Of a stretch of DNA of 64,000 nt, positions 9,145 to 17,439 are shown piece after piece. A program made the position numbers and the translations under genes. The notes beneath the pieces were generated by a model that saw nothing but the letters and a program-made list of their open reading frames with translations, was not told the DNA's origin and searched no databases. Origin of the DNA: Nitrospirota bacterium. GTDB lineage: Bacteria > Nitrospirota > JACRHL01. Every line of letters begins with the position of its first letter. Positions within the stretch are counted from its first letter, which is position 1. The DNA is taken from assembly GCA_016212085.1 (NCBI GenBank), contig JACRHL010000011.1, positions 64,161 through 128,160 on the forward strand, written 5' to 3'.

Positions 9145-10173
9145 ATGCATGATCTTCACGCCCAGCTGTTCGAATACCGGGTCAACGCACTGCGCGAGAT
9201 CCGGCCCGCCTTGCGGAGCCTGGCGCGGGAGCTCACCGAGGCCACCCCGCAACAGATGGACGGGGTTCTTTGCGACCACCTGCGGGATCTGCCGTCCTGC
9301 GAGCTGCTCTACGTGCTGGACCGGGAGGGGCGGCAGGTCTCGTCGAACGTGCGCCGCCGGGCCTTTGGCTTCGGTATCGCCCTGGACCGGGGCGAGAAGA
9401 ACGTCTCCAGGGCCCACTGCCACTATTACAGGGACGCGGTGACCGCCCTGGAGTGCGTGATCACCGAGCCGTACCGCAGCAAGGCCACCGGCCACCCGGT
9501 GGTGACCGTCACCTATCCGGTGTCGGACGCGGCGGGCAGGCTGGTCATGGTGATCGCGGCGGACATCCGCGCGCGGGACCTGCTCTACCTGGTCACCTGC
9601 GGCAGCCGCCCGGCGGCGTTCCTCAAGCTCGGCCGGGGCATGTACCTGACCATCGCCCTGTTTCTGGGCGTCATCAGCACCGCCCTGCTGGGGCACGCGC
9701 TGGTGGAGTTGTGGGGGCTGGTCACCCACCTGGGGCGCGAGTTCGATCCGGACCGGCTGTTCCAGGCCACCATCATGGCCACCCTGTCCCTGGCGGTGTT
9801 CGACCTGGGGCGGACGGTGTTCGAGGAAGAGGTGCTGTTCATCCGTGACCCGCACAAGCCGGCGGCCATCCGCAAGGCGCTGTCGCGGTTCATGGGCTCC
9901 ATCATCATCGCCCTGGCCATCGAGGCGCTCCTGCTGGTGTTCAAGAGCACCATCAAGGACCCGTCCCTGTTCCCCAACGCGGTGGCGCTGATCGCGGCGG
10001 TCGGCTTCCTGCTGCTCACCCTGGGGGCCTACGTCTACCTGGGCAGCAGGGCCGAGGCGGCGGCTCCGGCGCGGCCCGGCCGGGAACACGAGCCGCCCGC
10101 CGGCGGGCCGCGCGGGACGGGCGACTCCGCCGGGTCGGCCACCGCCTTTGCCGGCAAGCGCCTCGGCCCCTGA
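9145..10173 (+). CDS. PDC/Cache-like sensor domain fused to a ~4-TM membrane module (PsiE-like)
   Basis: N-terminal LLYVLDREGRQVSSN...ITEPYRSKATGHPVVTV (Cache-like); C-terminal hydrophobic helices with AVFD-x6-EEEVL; no kinase, GGDEF or MCP output domain. Confidence 0.72.
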   Translation: MHDLHAQLFEYRVNALREIRPALRSLARELTEATPQQMDGVLCDHLRDLPSCELLYVLDREGRQVSSNVRRRAFGFGIALDRGEKNVSRAHCHYYRDAVTALECVITEPYRSKATGHPVVTVTYPVSDAAGRLVMVIAADIRARDLLYLVTCGSRPAAFLKLGRGMYLTIALFLGVISTALLGHALVELWGLVTHLGREFDPDRLFQATIMATLSLAVFDLGRTVFEEEVLFIRDPHKPAAIRKALSRFMGSIIIALAIEALLLVFKSTIKDPSLFPNAVALIAAVGFLLLTLGAYVYLGSRAEAAAPARPGREHEPPAGGPRGTGDSAGSATAFAGKRLGP

Positions 10174-10186
10174 CCGGGGCCGTCGC

Positions 10187-11851
10187 TCACGCCGGATAGG
10201 CCGGTGTGGTGCGCAGCCGCGTGTCCGGCACCGGGCCGCCCACGGTAAAATGGTACACGCTTTGCCAGGCGGTGCCGGTGATGCCGAACAGTTCGTGGAC
10301 CGGATCGTCCAGGTAACAGCCGATGCCCGTTCCCGCCAGCCCCCACGCCTCGGCCTCCAGGTACAGCAATTGGCCGATGGCACCGGCCTCCCAGAACAGG
10401 CGGCGGTAGGCCCAGGCGCCGTCCCGCTGGAGGGTGGACGCGAACTCCGCCAGCATGCCCAGGCTGAAGGCGCCCTGGGCGGCGATGTCCTGGTGGCAGC
10501 TCAGCGCCCGCGCGGCGCCGGTGGCGTTGCCCGCCATCAGGAGGCTCAGGTCCAGCCCGTCGGGGCAGCCCGGGGGGCGCTCCCAGGCGAATTCCGGGTG
10601 GCTCAATCCGGCGCGGAGCGCGGCCCCTCGCGCCGGGTCGCGGCACAGCACGTAAAGTCCGGGGGCGATGCCCACGACCCGGTGCACGAACAGCAGCAGG
10701 TGGATCGCCGGGGGCCACGCCATCGCCGCCAGGGCGGGCCCGCCATGCACCAGCCGCCCGAGGGTGGCAAACAAGGCGGCCGCGGGCATGGGGGTGACGC
10801 CATCCATGTCCACCGCGCTGCGCCGCCGCCGGACCAGGCGGCGCAGGGAGGGGGCCTCGCGCCGGGGGGACGCGGGCGCCGCCCACGGCGGCTCCGGCGC
10901 GGGCGCCAACCCGTTCCGAACCGGGGTGGCGGGCTTGACGGTGGCCTCGGCCACCCGGTCCATGTCGTCCCAGGGGACGTGGACCGGGCTCAGGGCGTTG
11001 GCCGTGCCGCGCCAGGGGCCGGCGGCCACGGCGCCGATGCCGTCCGCCCGCAACGATCCGGACGCGGGCGGCCCGCCGTCCGGGAACAGGCAGACGATCA
11101 CGTCCGGGTGCTCCGGTTCCGTCTCCCCATGGGCCGGCCCCGGCGGCCAGGGGAGCCCCAGCAGGGCCGCCACTTGCTCGTCTCCCAGATCGTCCAGTAT
11201 CCGCGCGCTCCAGCCGAGCCCGGCGGCGGCCACGGCCACGGCGGCGATGGCGTGGCCCACGTCGTGCTGGCAGTAGCGGAAGGCGCGCATGCCGTACTTC
11301 CAGGCCTCGCGCCAGTGGATGGACGCAAGGCCGACCAGCACCGCGTTCGGCTCCAGGTCTCCCGCCAGGGCCGCCCAGGTGGCGGCGTCGAGGCGGCGGC
11401 GCACCTCCAGGGCGTGGGGCTCCGGGGCGTAGTGGGCCACCATGCCGCCCGCGCACAGCCCCGCCACCGGGCCGCACACCAGATACCCTTCCGTGGGGTG
11501 CAGGTTGCCGCTGGACGGGTTCACCCGCAGGGCCCAGCGGCTGGGGCCCGCCTCCTTCCAGGCGGAAAGGGCCAGGCTGTCGTAGAACAGCCGGCCGATG
11601 GCGCGGCCGTCCAGCGCCGCCGGGGCAACGGGCGGCCCGGCAAACACCCGGTCGTAGGCCGGATCGGTGCCCACCGCAAGGGGCGCGTCGACGGGACAGC
11701 GCATCAGGGGCAGCAGCTCGGCCCCCGCATAGCGGCGGAAGGGATCGGGCCGGGAGGCCCAGTCCAGCCCCCGGGGGCCCGGCGCATAGCCGTCGAACCG
11801 GTGCTTGCTGGCGGCGTGATAGGCCATCACGGTATCGAGCGGGTCGGCCAT
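10187..11851 (-). CDS. SagB/ThcOx-family dehydrogenase (tandem nitroreductase domains)
   Basis: YHAASKH, LRVNPSSGNLHPTEGY, REAWKYGMRAFRYCQHDVGHA, RRRRSA, GTGIGCYLDD; start at ATG 11851. Confidence 0.88.
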   Translation of the reverse strand: MADPLDTVMAYHAASKHRFDGYAPGPRGLDWASRPDPFRRYAGAELLPLMRCPVDAPLAVGTDPAYDRVFAGPPVAPAALDGRAIGRLFYDSLALSAWKEAGPSRWALRVNPSSGNLHPTEGYLVCGPVAGLCAGGMVAHYAPEPHALEVRRRLDAATWAALAGDLEPNAVLVGLASIHWREAWKYGMRAFRYCQHDVGHAIAAVAVAAAGLGWSARILDDLGDEQVAALLGLPWPPGPAHGETEPEHPDVIVCLFPDGGPPASGSLRADGIGAVAAGPWRGTANALSPVHVPWDDMDRVAEATVKPATPVRNGLAPAPEPPWAAPASPRREAPSLRRLVRRRRSAVDMDGVTPMPAAALFATLGRLVHGGPALAAMAWPPAIHLLLFVHRVVGIAPGLYVLCRDPARGAALRAGLSHPEFAWERPPGCPDGLDLSLLMAGNATGAARALSCHQDIAAQGAFSLGMLAEFASTLQRDGAWAYRRLFWEAGAIGQLLYLEAEAWGLAGTGIGCYLDDPVHELFGITGTAWQSVYHFTVGGPVPDTRLRTTPAYPA

Positions 11852-11891
11852 GGGGGCAGTGTACGCCCGCGTCCCCGCCCCGGACACCGCT

Positions 11892-12034
11892 GGGCACCTC
11901 TAATAACCTGCTGCGCGCCGCGATTGCTGCGTTGGGCGGTGCTCGAACCCTCTCCTATCACCATGATATGTCTCGGGTTCTGCGCTCCGTCCGCCTTGCA
12001 CTCACGCCGCTCGCGACGCTTATTAGAGGTGCCC
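11892..12034. mobile_element. MITE-like element, 143 bp (family A, full copy)
   Basis: Perfect 15-bp terminal inverted repeats GGGCACCTCTAATAA...TTATTAGAGGTGCCC; intergenic; end fragments recur at ~17738 and ~60507. Confidence 0.8.
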
Positions 12035-12059
12035 CGTCTTGTGGTGCGCTGGCGGCGAT

Positions 12060-12932
12060 TCAGCACATGGCCGCGATCAGGGAGCGGAACGCGTCGCCGT
12101 TCCCCTTGATGGGGCGCTTGACCGGGGGGCCGTCCGCCAGCGCCGGTTCCCGGTCCGCGTAGCTGGGCCGCTCCACCTGGTAGAACAGGCCGGTTGGAAG
12201 GCGCTCGGACTCGCCCGCCGCCCGCATCGCGGCGGCCAGGTCGGCCGGATCGTGCCCGGCCTCCTCCAGCTTGTAGACCCGCTCGCGGAAATAGGGGTAG
12301 GTGTTCAGGTGGTTGTAGGTGACGCACGGGGAGAACACGTCCACCAGGGCGAACCCCCGGTGCCGCATGCCCCCGGCGATGAGCCCGGCCATCTGGGCGA
12401 CATCGCCGGAGAAGCCCCGCGCCACGTAGCCGCAGCCGGCGGCCAGGGCCATGGCCAGGGGGTTCAGGGGAAGCTCCGGGTTGCCCCGGGGGGTGCTCTT
12501 GGTGACGACCTCCAGCCCGGTGGTGGGGGAGGCCTGGCCGGTGGTCAGCCCATACACCTGGTTGTTCATCACCACGTAGGTGAGGTTCAGGTTGCGGCGC
12601 ATGGCGTGCAGCATATGCCCCAGGCCGATGCCGTAGCCGTCGCCGTCACCCCCGGTGATGACCACCGTCAGGTCCGTGTTGGCCAGGTGCGCGCCGGTGG
12701 CCAGGGGTACCGCCCGGCCGTGCAGGCCGTGGACGCCGTAGGCGTGGATGAAGCCCGGCAGGTTGGAGGAGCAGCCGATGCCCGAGACCACCAGCATGTC
12801 GTCGGGGCGGATGCCCAGGCTCCCGGCCGCCTGCTTGAGCGCCTTCAGGACGCCGAAGTCGCCGCACGCGGGGCACCAGTCCGGGTCCACCGGGCCGTCG
12901 TAGGTTTCGATGGGCAGTTCAAGCGTGGCCAT
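12060..12932 (-). CDS. 2-oxoacid:ferredoxin oxidoreductase beta subunit (KorB-like)
   Basis: WCPACGD, SGIGCSS, LHGRAVP, GGDGDGYGIG (TPP motif), NNQVYGLTTGQASPT, SPCVTYN. Confidence 0.95.
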   Translation of the reverse strand: MATLELPIETYDGPVDPDWCPACGDFGVLKALKQAAGSLGIRPDDMLVVSGIGCSSNLPGFIHAYGVHGLHGRAVPLATGAHLANTDLTVVITGGDGDGYGIGLGHMLHAMRRNLNLTYVVMNNQVYGLTTGQASPTTGLEVVTKSTPRGNPELPLNPLAMALAAGCGYVARGFSGDVAQMAGLIAGGMRHRGFALVDVFSPCVTYNHLNTYPYFRERVYKLEEAGHDPADLAAAMRAAGESERLPTGLFYQVERPSYADREPALADGPPVKRPIKGNGDAFRSLIAAMC

Positions 12933-14928
12933 GGGCCGCCTCCTGGGTGCGGGGGATGGGGTGATGCAGGGCCAGCACCGCCCCGGTATCGGCGCCGATC
13001 ACCAGCAGCCCCATGTCGTGCCCGTCGTCGCGGCCCTCCAGGCGCGCCTCCCAGGCGGGCTCGCCATACACATGCTCGCCCACCCGGCGCAGCGTCGCGG
13101 GCCAGGCCATGTCGCCCAGCCGGCTGCGGATGTAGTGGTACGCGCACTCACGGGCCTCGCCCTCCGAAAGGGCCAGGGGCTGGCTGCGGCCCGTCAGGAC
13201 GGCCTGCGCCCGCTCGGCGATGTAGCCGGGGGTGAACGGCTCGCCGTCGTAGCGGAGCACCAGGCCGTGCGCCCGGTGGCCGGTCTCGGCCCGCAGGTAG
13301 CGGGCAAACTGACCGGTCAGGTTGTTCTCCACCACCACGGTGCGGCGGGCGGTGTCGATGGCCTCCAGCATGGCACCGGTGGGGAACGGCAGCAGGTACT
13401 TCACCTGCATCTGGCCGGCCACCACGCCCCGCTCCGAGAGCAGGTCCACCGCCTCGCGGATGACGCCGCCGGTGGACCCCCAGCCGATGAGCAGGACCTC
13501 CGGCCGCGAGGCGCCGTAGCGCTCCGGCGGCGGGAGCTGGGCCGCCACGGCCTCCAGCTTGCGCATCCGCTTTTCGTGCATCTTGCGGCGCATGGGGGGG
13601 CTCGCGAACACGTCCGACAGCAGGATTCCCGCCTCGTCATGCTCGTCCGACGCGGCGATGTGCGCCGCCCGCGGGGTGCCGGGCAGGGCCCTGGGCGAGA
13701 CGCCCGATGGGGTCAGCCGGTAGCGCAGGTAGCCGTCCGCCTCGGCGACGTCGTCCACCCGTTCGCCCCGGTCGATGGGCATATCCCAGTCCAGGTCCGT
13801 GTGCTCCACCGTCTCGTAATGCTCCGCCAGCGCCAGGTCGGACATCACGATCACCGGCATCTGGAACCGCTCCGCCAGGTTGAATGCCTCCGCCACGGAG
13901 CCGAAGGCGTCCGCCGTGTCCACGGGGGCCAGGATCGCACGGGGATAGTCGCCCTGGGAGGCCCCGAACACCTGGTTCAGGTCGCCCTGCTCGGTCTTGG
14001 TGGGCACACCGGTGGAGGGGCCCGCGCGCTGCCCCTCCACGATCACCACCGGCGCCTCGATCATGCCGGCGAAACCCACCGCCTCGCTCATCAGGGCAAA
14101 GCCGCCGCCGGAGGTGGCGCACATGGCGCGCACCCCGGCATACCCCGCGCCGATGGCGGTGTGGATCACGGCGATCTCGTCCTCGCACTGCTTGACCACC
14201 ATGCCGAAATCCGGGCCGTGGGCCGCCAGGTAGTGGAGGATGTTGGAGACGGGGGTCATCGGGTAGGCCGCGTAGAACTTGCAGCCCGCCGCCAGGGCGC
14301 CCAGGGCCATGGCCTGGTTGCCGGTGAGGAAGGGGCGCGCCGTGCGCGAAAAGGCCCAGCCGGTGTTCAGCGCGGCGGTGTGTTGCCGGGCGTGGGCGTG
14401 ACCGGCGCGGGTGGCGTCGACGTTGTGCGCGATGACCTCCACGGGCTTGCCCGCGTAGATGTCGCCAGTCACCCCTTCCAGCACCGCCGGGTCAAGGCCC
14501 AGCAAGTGGGCGGCGGCCCCCACCAGCACACTGTTTTGCATGACCGGGGGCACCTTGCCCAGGGGCTTGAGCAACTCCTTGACCGGCATCCCCAGCAGGT
14601 TGACATCCTTGCCCGGCAGCCGCTCGGGGCAGGTGAGACGGTCGGCCGCGTACACGATCCAGCCCCCCGCTTCCACCTGGGGGGCGTGGCGTTCGAGGGT
14701 GTCCTGGTTGAGGGCGATGAGCAGGTTCAGGTGGTCGCCGTGGGAGCGCACCTTGTCCTCGCCCATGCGCAGGGTGAGCCAGATGTGCCCCCCCCGGATC
14801 ACCGACTGGTAGCTGTTGTAGGCGTAGGCGTGAAGCCCCAGACGGGTGCCCGTCCGCGCGAGGATGTCGCCGCAGCGGGCGAGCCCGTCTCCCGCCGCAC
14901 CGCCGATTCCGATGCTGAGTGCGCCCAT
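12919..14928 (-). CDS. 2-oxoacid:ferredoxin oxidoreductase alpha subunit (gamma-alpha fusion, KorA-like) with extra C-terminal domain
   Basis: IGGAAGDG, YQSVIRGGH, AAYPMTP, EDEIA, TSGGGFALMSE, QRAGPSTGVPTKTEQGDL; ATG 14928 with GGAGG RBS. Confidence 0.95.
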   Translation of the reverse strand: MGALSIGIGGAAGDGLARCGDILARTGTRLGLHAYAYNSYQSVIRGGHIWLTLRMGEDKVRSHGDHLNLLIALNQDTLERHAPQVEAGGWIVYAADRLTCPERLPGKDVNLLGMPVKELLKPLGKVPPVMQNSVLVGAAAHLLGLDPAVLEGVTGDIYAGKPVEVIAHNVDATRAGHAHARQHTAALNTGWAFSRTARPFLTGNQAMALGALAAGCKFYAAYPMTPVSNILHYLAAHGPDFGMVVKQCEDEIAVIHTAIGAGYAGVRAMCATSGGGFALMSEAVGFAGMIEAPVVIVEGQRAGPSTGVPTKTEQGDLNQVFGASQGDYPRAILAPVDTADAFGSVAEAFNLAERFQMPVIVMSDLALAEHYETVEHTDLDWDMPIDRGERVDDVAEADGYLRYRLTPSGVSPRALPGTPRAAHIAASDEHDEAGILLSDVFASPPMRRKMHEKRMRKLEAVAAQLPPPERYGASRPEVLLIGWGSTGGVIREAVDLLSERGVVAGQMQVKYLLPFPTGAMLEAIDTARRTVVVENNLTGQFARYLRAETGHRAHGLVLRYDGEPFTPGYIAERAQAVLTGRSQPLALSEGEARECAYHYIRSRLGDMAWPATLRRVGEHVYGEPAWEARLEGRDDGHDMGLLVIGADTGAVLALHHPIPRTQEAAHGHA

Positions 14929-15153
14929 CGTCACCTCCGTGTCGAAAGCGTGGGCATGTATTACTGGGGCACACTTCGAACGTACACCCGTGGCGGCCGC
15001 TGCGCCAGCCGGTAATGCCCTGATTTAATTCGATGTGGCGGTTGCGCAGCGCCCTGTTTGGCGCCACTGTTAAGCAAGGCCCCAAGCGGATGAATCCCCT
15101 GGGCGAGTGGGGATGGGGTTGTTTTCCCACTCCCCAACGCGTGGAGAGACACC

Positions 15154-15465
15154 ATGGCATATGTGGTCACCGAGAACTGTCGGGGTTGCCGCTACACCGA
15201 CTGCGTAACGGTCTGCCCGGTGGAGTGCTTCTGGGGCGACGGGGAGATGCTGTACATCGACCCGGAAACCTGCATCGATTGCGGCGCCTGCATCCCCGAG
15301 TGCCCGGTGGAGGCCATCTTTGCGGACGACGAAGTGCCCGCCGGCCAGGAGGAATGGATCGGGATCAACGCCGAGCGCTGTGCCAGCGGGGAGCTGGTGA
15401 ACGTCACCGCGAAGGCGGCCGCCCTCGCCGGTGCCGACGCGCGCAAGGCCGCCCTCGGTTTCTAG
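15154..15465 (+). CDS. fdxA: 7Fe ferredoxin (Azotobacter FdI type)
   Basis: [26 protein letters not shown]...[16 protein letters not shown]; GGAG RBS. Confidence 0.92.
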   Translation: MAYVVTENCRGCRYTDCVTVCPVECFWGDGEMLYIDPETCIDCGACIPECPVEAIFADDEVPAGQEEWIGINAERCASGELVNVTAKAAALAGADARKAALGF

Positions 15466-15492
15466 GCTGAGGGTCGCCCCCGCGCCCCGGCG

Positions 15493-15975
15493 TCATAACG
15501 ACGGGCGTTCGGCCTCGGGAATGGTCAACGCCAGTTCGAGCCGCTTGATCTCGTCCAGGTGGCCCTGCTCCAGGCGCGACAGATCCTCGAAAAAGGCCCG
15601 CATGGACGGATCGTCCGTTTCCGTGGCCAGGTCGCGGTAACTGTCGCGGGCCTCGGCCTCGCGCCGCCGGGCGAGCTTCAGGATCTCCTTGCTGTCGCCC
15701 TTGCGCACCGTCTTCTCGTCCTCCGGAGAGATCACGCCGGAGACCCGCTCTTCCAGTTTCTCCACGTAGGCGAACGCGTCGAAATCCAGGTTGAGCGGTG
15801 GTTCCGACACGCGGCGGGCCAGATCCCGCGCGTGGTCCACCTCCAGGTCGGCCAGTTCCATGAACAGGACGCGGGAGTCGTCCCGGTCGGTCAGTGTCGT
15901 GGCCAGGCGGTAAAAGGCGCGCGACTTGACCTCGCTCAACAGCGCCCGCTTGACGGTTTTGATGGATGTTGCCAT
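15493..15975 (-). CDS. ferritin-like / rubrerythrin-type di-iron protein (no rubredoxin domain)
   Basis: Two E...ExxH half-sites: SEVKSRAFY...LEVDH and REAEARDSY...LEQGH; GGAGG RBS. Confidence 0.85.
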   Translation of the reverse strand: MATSIKTVKRALLSEVKSRAFYRLATTLTDRDDSRVLFMELADLEVDHARDLARRVSEPPLNLDFDAFAYVEKLEERVSGVISPEDEKTVRKGDSKEILKLARRREAEARDSYRDLATETDDPSMRAFFEDLSRLEQGHLDEIKRLELALTIPEAERPSL

Positions 15976-16041
15976 GGTGCCCTCCTGTTGCCGGGGTGCC
16001 GCCCGGCGCGCACGAGGCCGCGCCGGGAGCCGGCGGCCGGC

Positions 16042-16350
16042 TTACACCTCGATTTCAATTTCCTCCCCGGTGACGCGGACGTTGTAGCGCGTCACGTCCT
16101 CCCCCGCCGGCGGCATGGTGACCTCCCCGGAGGCGATGGTGAAATGGGCGCCGTGCCAGGGACACACCACCTCGTCCCCCTGGATGAGCCCCTCGGACAG
16201 CGGCCCCCCCATGTGGGTGCAGGCGTCGTCGATGGCGAAGAACGTGCCACCCAGGTTGAACAGCGCGATGCGCCTGGCCCCCACCCGCACGCATTTCGCG
16301 CCCTGGTCGGGTATTTCCATCTTCTTGGCGATGGCGATGAATTGCGACAT
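16042..16350 (-). CDS. Rieske [2Fe-2S] ferredoxin
   Basis: CTHMGGPLSEG...CPWHGAHF; ATG 16350 preceded by AAGGAGG. Confidence 0.93.
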   Translation of the reverse strand: MSQFIAIAKKMEIPDQGAKCVRVGARRIALFNLGGTFFAIDDACTHMGGPLSEGLIQGDEVVCPWHGAHFTIASGEVTMPPAGEDVTRYNVRVTGEEIEIEV

Positions 16351-16485
16351 GGCGATAGCCTCCTTGCGCCATGGCAGCCGCGCCCTCCCGTCGGGATGCC
16401 GTCCTGATTTGACTATATGCCCCCCACCGGCGCTGCGCCAGGAAGGGGGGGGCACATGGGCGGGCAACCGCCCCCGGCCGCGCCG

Positions 16486-17439
16486 TCACGCGGCCGGGGG
16501 CGCCGCGTCGGCCGTCCCGAGGTGTGCTTCCAGCCGCCGGAGCCCTTCGAGATGGGCCTGTTCGGTGCGGGAGAGCTCCTCGCAGAACGCCCGCATCAGC
16601 GGATCGTCCGCCTCCTGCGCCAGCTCCCGGTAATTGTCCCGCGCCTCCGCCTCGCGGCGCTTGGCCAGCTTCAACACGGCCCTGGGGTCCCCCTCGCGCA
16701 CGGTTTTTTCGTCCTGCGGCGCCAGGGTGCCGGAGATCTGTTTCTCCCACTTGCTCACGTAAGCGAACGGGTCGAAATCCAGGTTGAGCGGCGGCCTGGA
16801 GGCGCGCTCGGCGAGTTCGCGTGCGTGGCCCACCTCCAGCGCGGCCAGGTCCAGGAACAGGGCGCGGGAGTCGTCCCGGTTCGTCAGATCGGCGGCCAGG
16901 CGGTAGAAGGCCCGCGACTTGATTTCGCTCAGCAGTGCGCTCTTGATGGTTTTGGCGGGGGTGAGCGCGGAGGTCTCGGTGCTGTTCTCGGCGTGGGCGC
17001 TGAGCCGCTGGAAGGCGCCCAGGCACACCACGCCCAGGCTGGCGACGGCGAGCAGCAGCGTGGGGTAGATGATCTGCGCCATCTCCTGCGTGGCCGCGCT
17101 GAAGATGAACACCAGCGCCTCCAGGTAGGCGGCGATGGTCACGATCACCAGGAACTTGGTGAGGGTCTTGCGGGCCTCGGCGGAGGAGCGCAGTTCCCGG
17201 TTGCGCAAGACCTCCTCCTCGATCAGGTATTTGCTCACGTCGAACACCGCCACGGCGACGACGATGAGGCCGATGGCGTCCAGCATCCGGGGCACCGCCT
17301 CGGTGCTGGAGTGGAACGCCAGCCACACGTCCCAGCCGCCGGCGCCGATCATGGCAAGGCTGATCAGCAGCAGCGAGGTGCTCGCCGTGATGTACATGAT
17401 GTGGGTGACGAGGGTGTGTAGGCGGTTCTGGTTCCTCAT
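16486..17439 (-). CDS. ~4-TM membrane module (PsiE-like) fused to a C-terminal ferritin-like di-iron domain
   Basis: N-half hydrophobic with AVFDVSKYLIEEEVL...RKTLTKF...LEAL; C-half is a close paralog of 15493..15975 (LEVGH, TEQAH); start tentatively ATG 17439. Confidence 0.8.
   Translation of the reverse strand: MRNQNRLHTLVTHIMYITASTSLLLISLAMIGAGGWDVWLAFHSSTEAVPRMLDAIGLIVVAVAVFDVSKYLIEEEVLRNRELRSSAEARKTLTKFLVIVTIAAYLEALVFIFSAATQEMAQIIYPTLLLAVASLGVVCLGAFQRLSAHAENSTETSALTPAKTIKSALLSEIKSRAFYRLAADLTNRDDSRALFLDLAALEVGHARELAERASRPPLNLDFDPFAYVSKWEKQISGTLAPQDEKTVREGDPRAVLKLAKRREAEARDNYRELAQEADDPLMRAFCEELSRTEQAHLEGLRRLEAHLGTADAAPPAA

Noticed and set aside
5969-9442. 1157-aa plus-strand ORF and similar long antisense ORFs (e.g. 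49040..51817, 54491..57124, 58046..60415)
   Set aside because: Shadow ORFs opposite real genes, expected from high-GC codon bias; no recognisable motifs.
10187-11851. RiPP (azole) biosynthesis cluster around the SagB-like gene
   Set aside because: No YcaO, precursor peptide or transporter nearby; stand-alone tandem nitroreductases are common.
14993-15007. GG-N10-GC on the minus strand upstream of OFOR alpha
   Set aside because: Lacks TGGCAC and TTGC; likely chance in GC-rich DNA.
15961-16041. Encapsulin-cargo interpretation of the adjacent ferritin-like protein
   Set aside because: No encapsulin gene in the window and no LxxGSL-type targeting peptide at the C-terminus.
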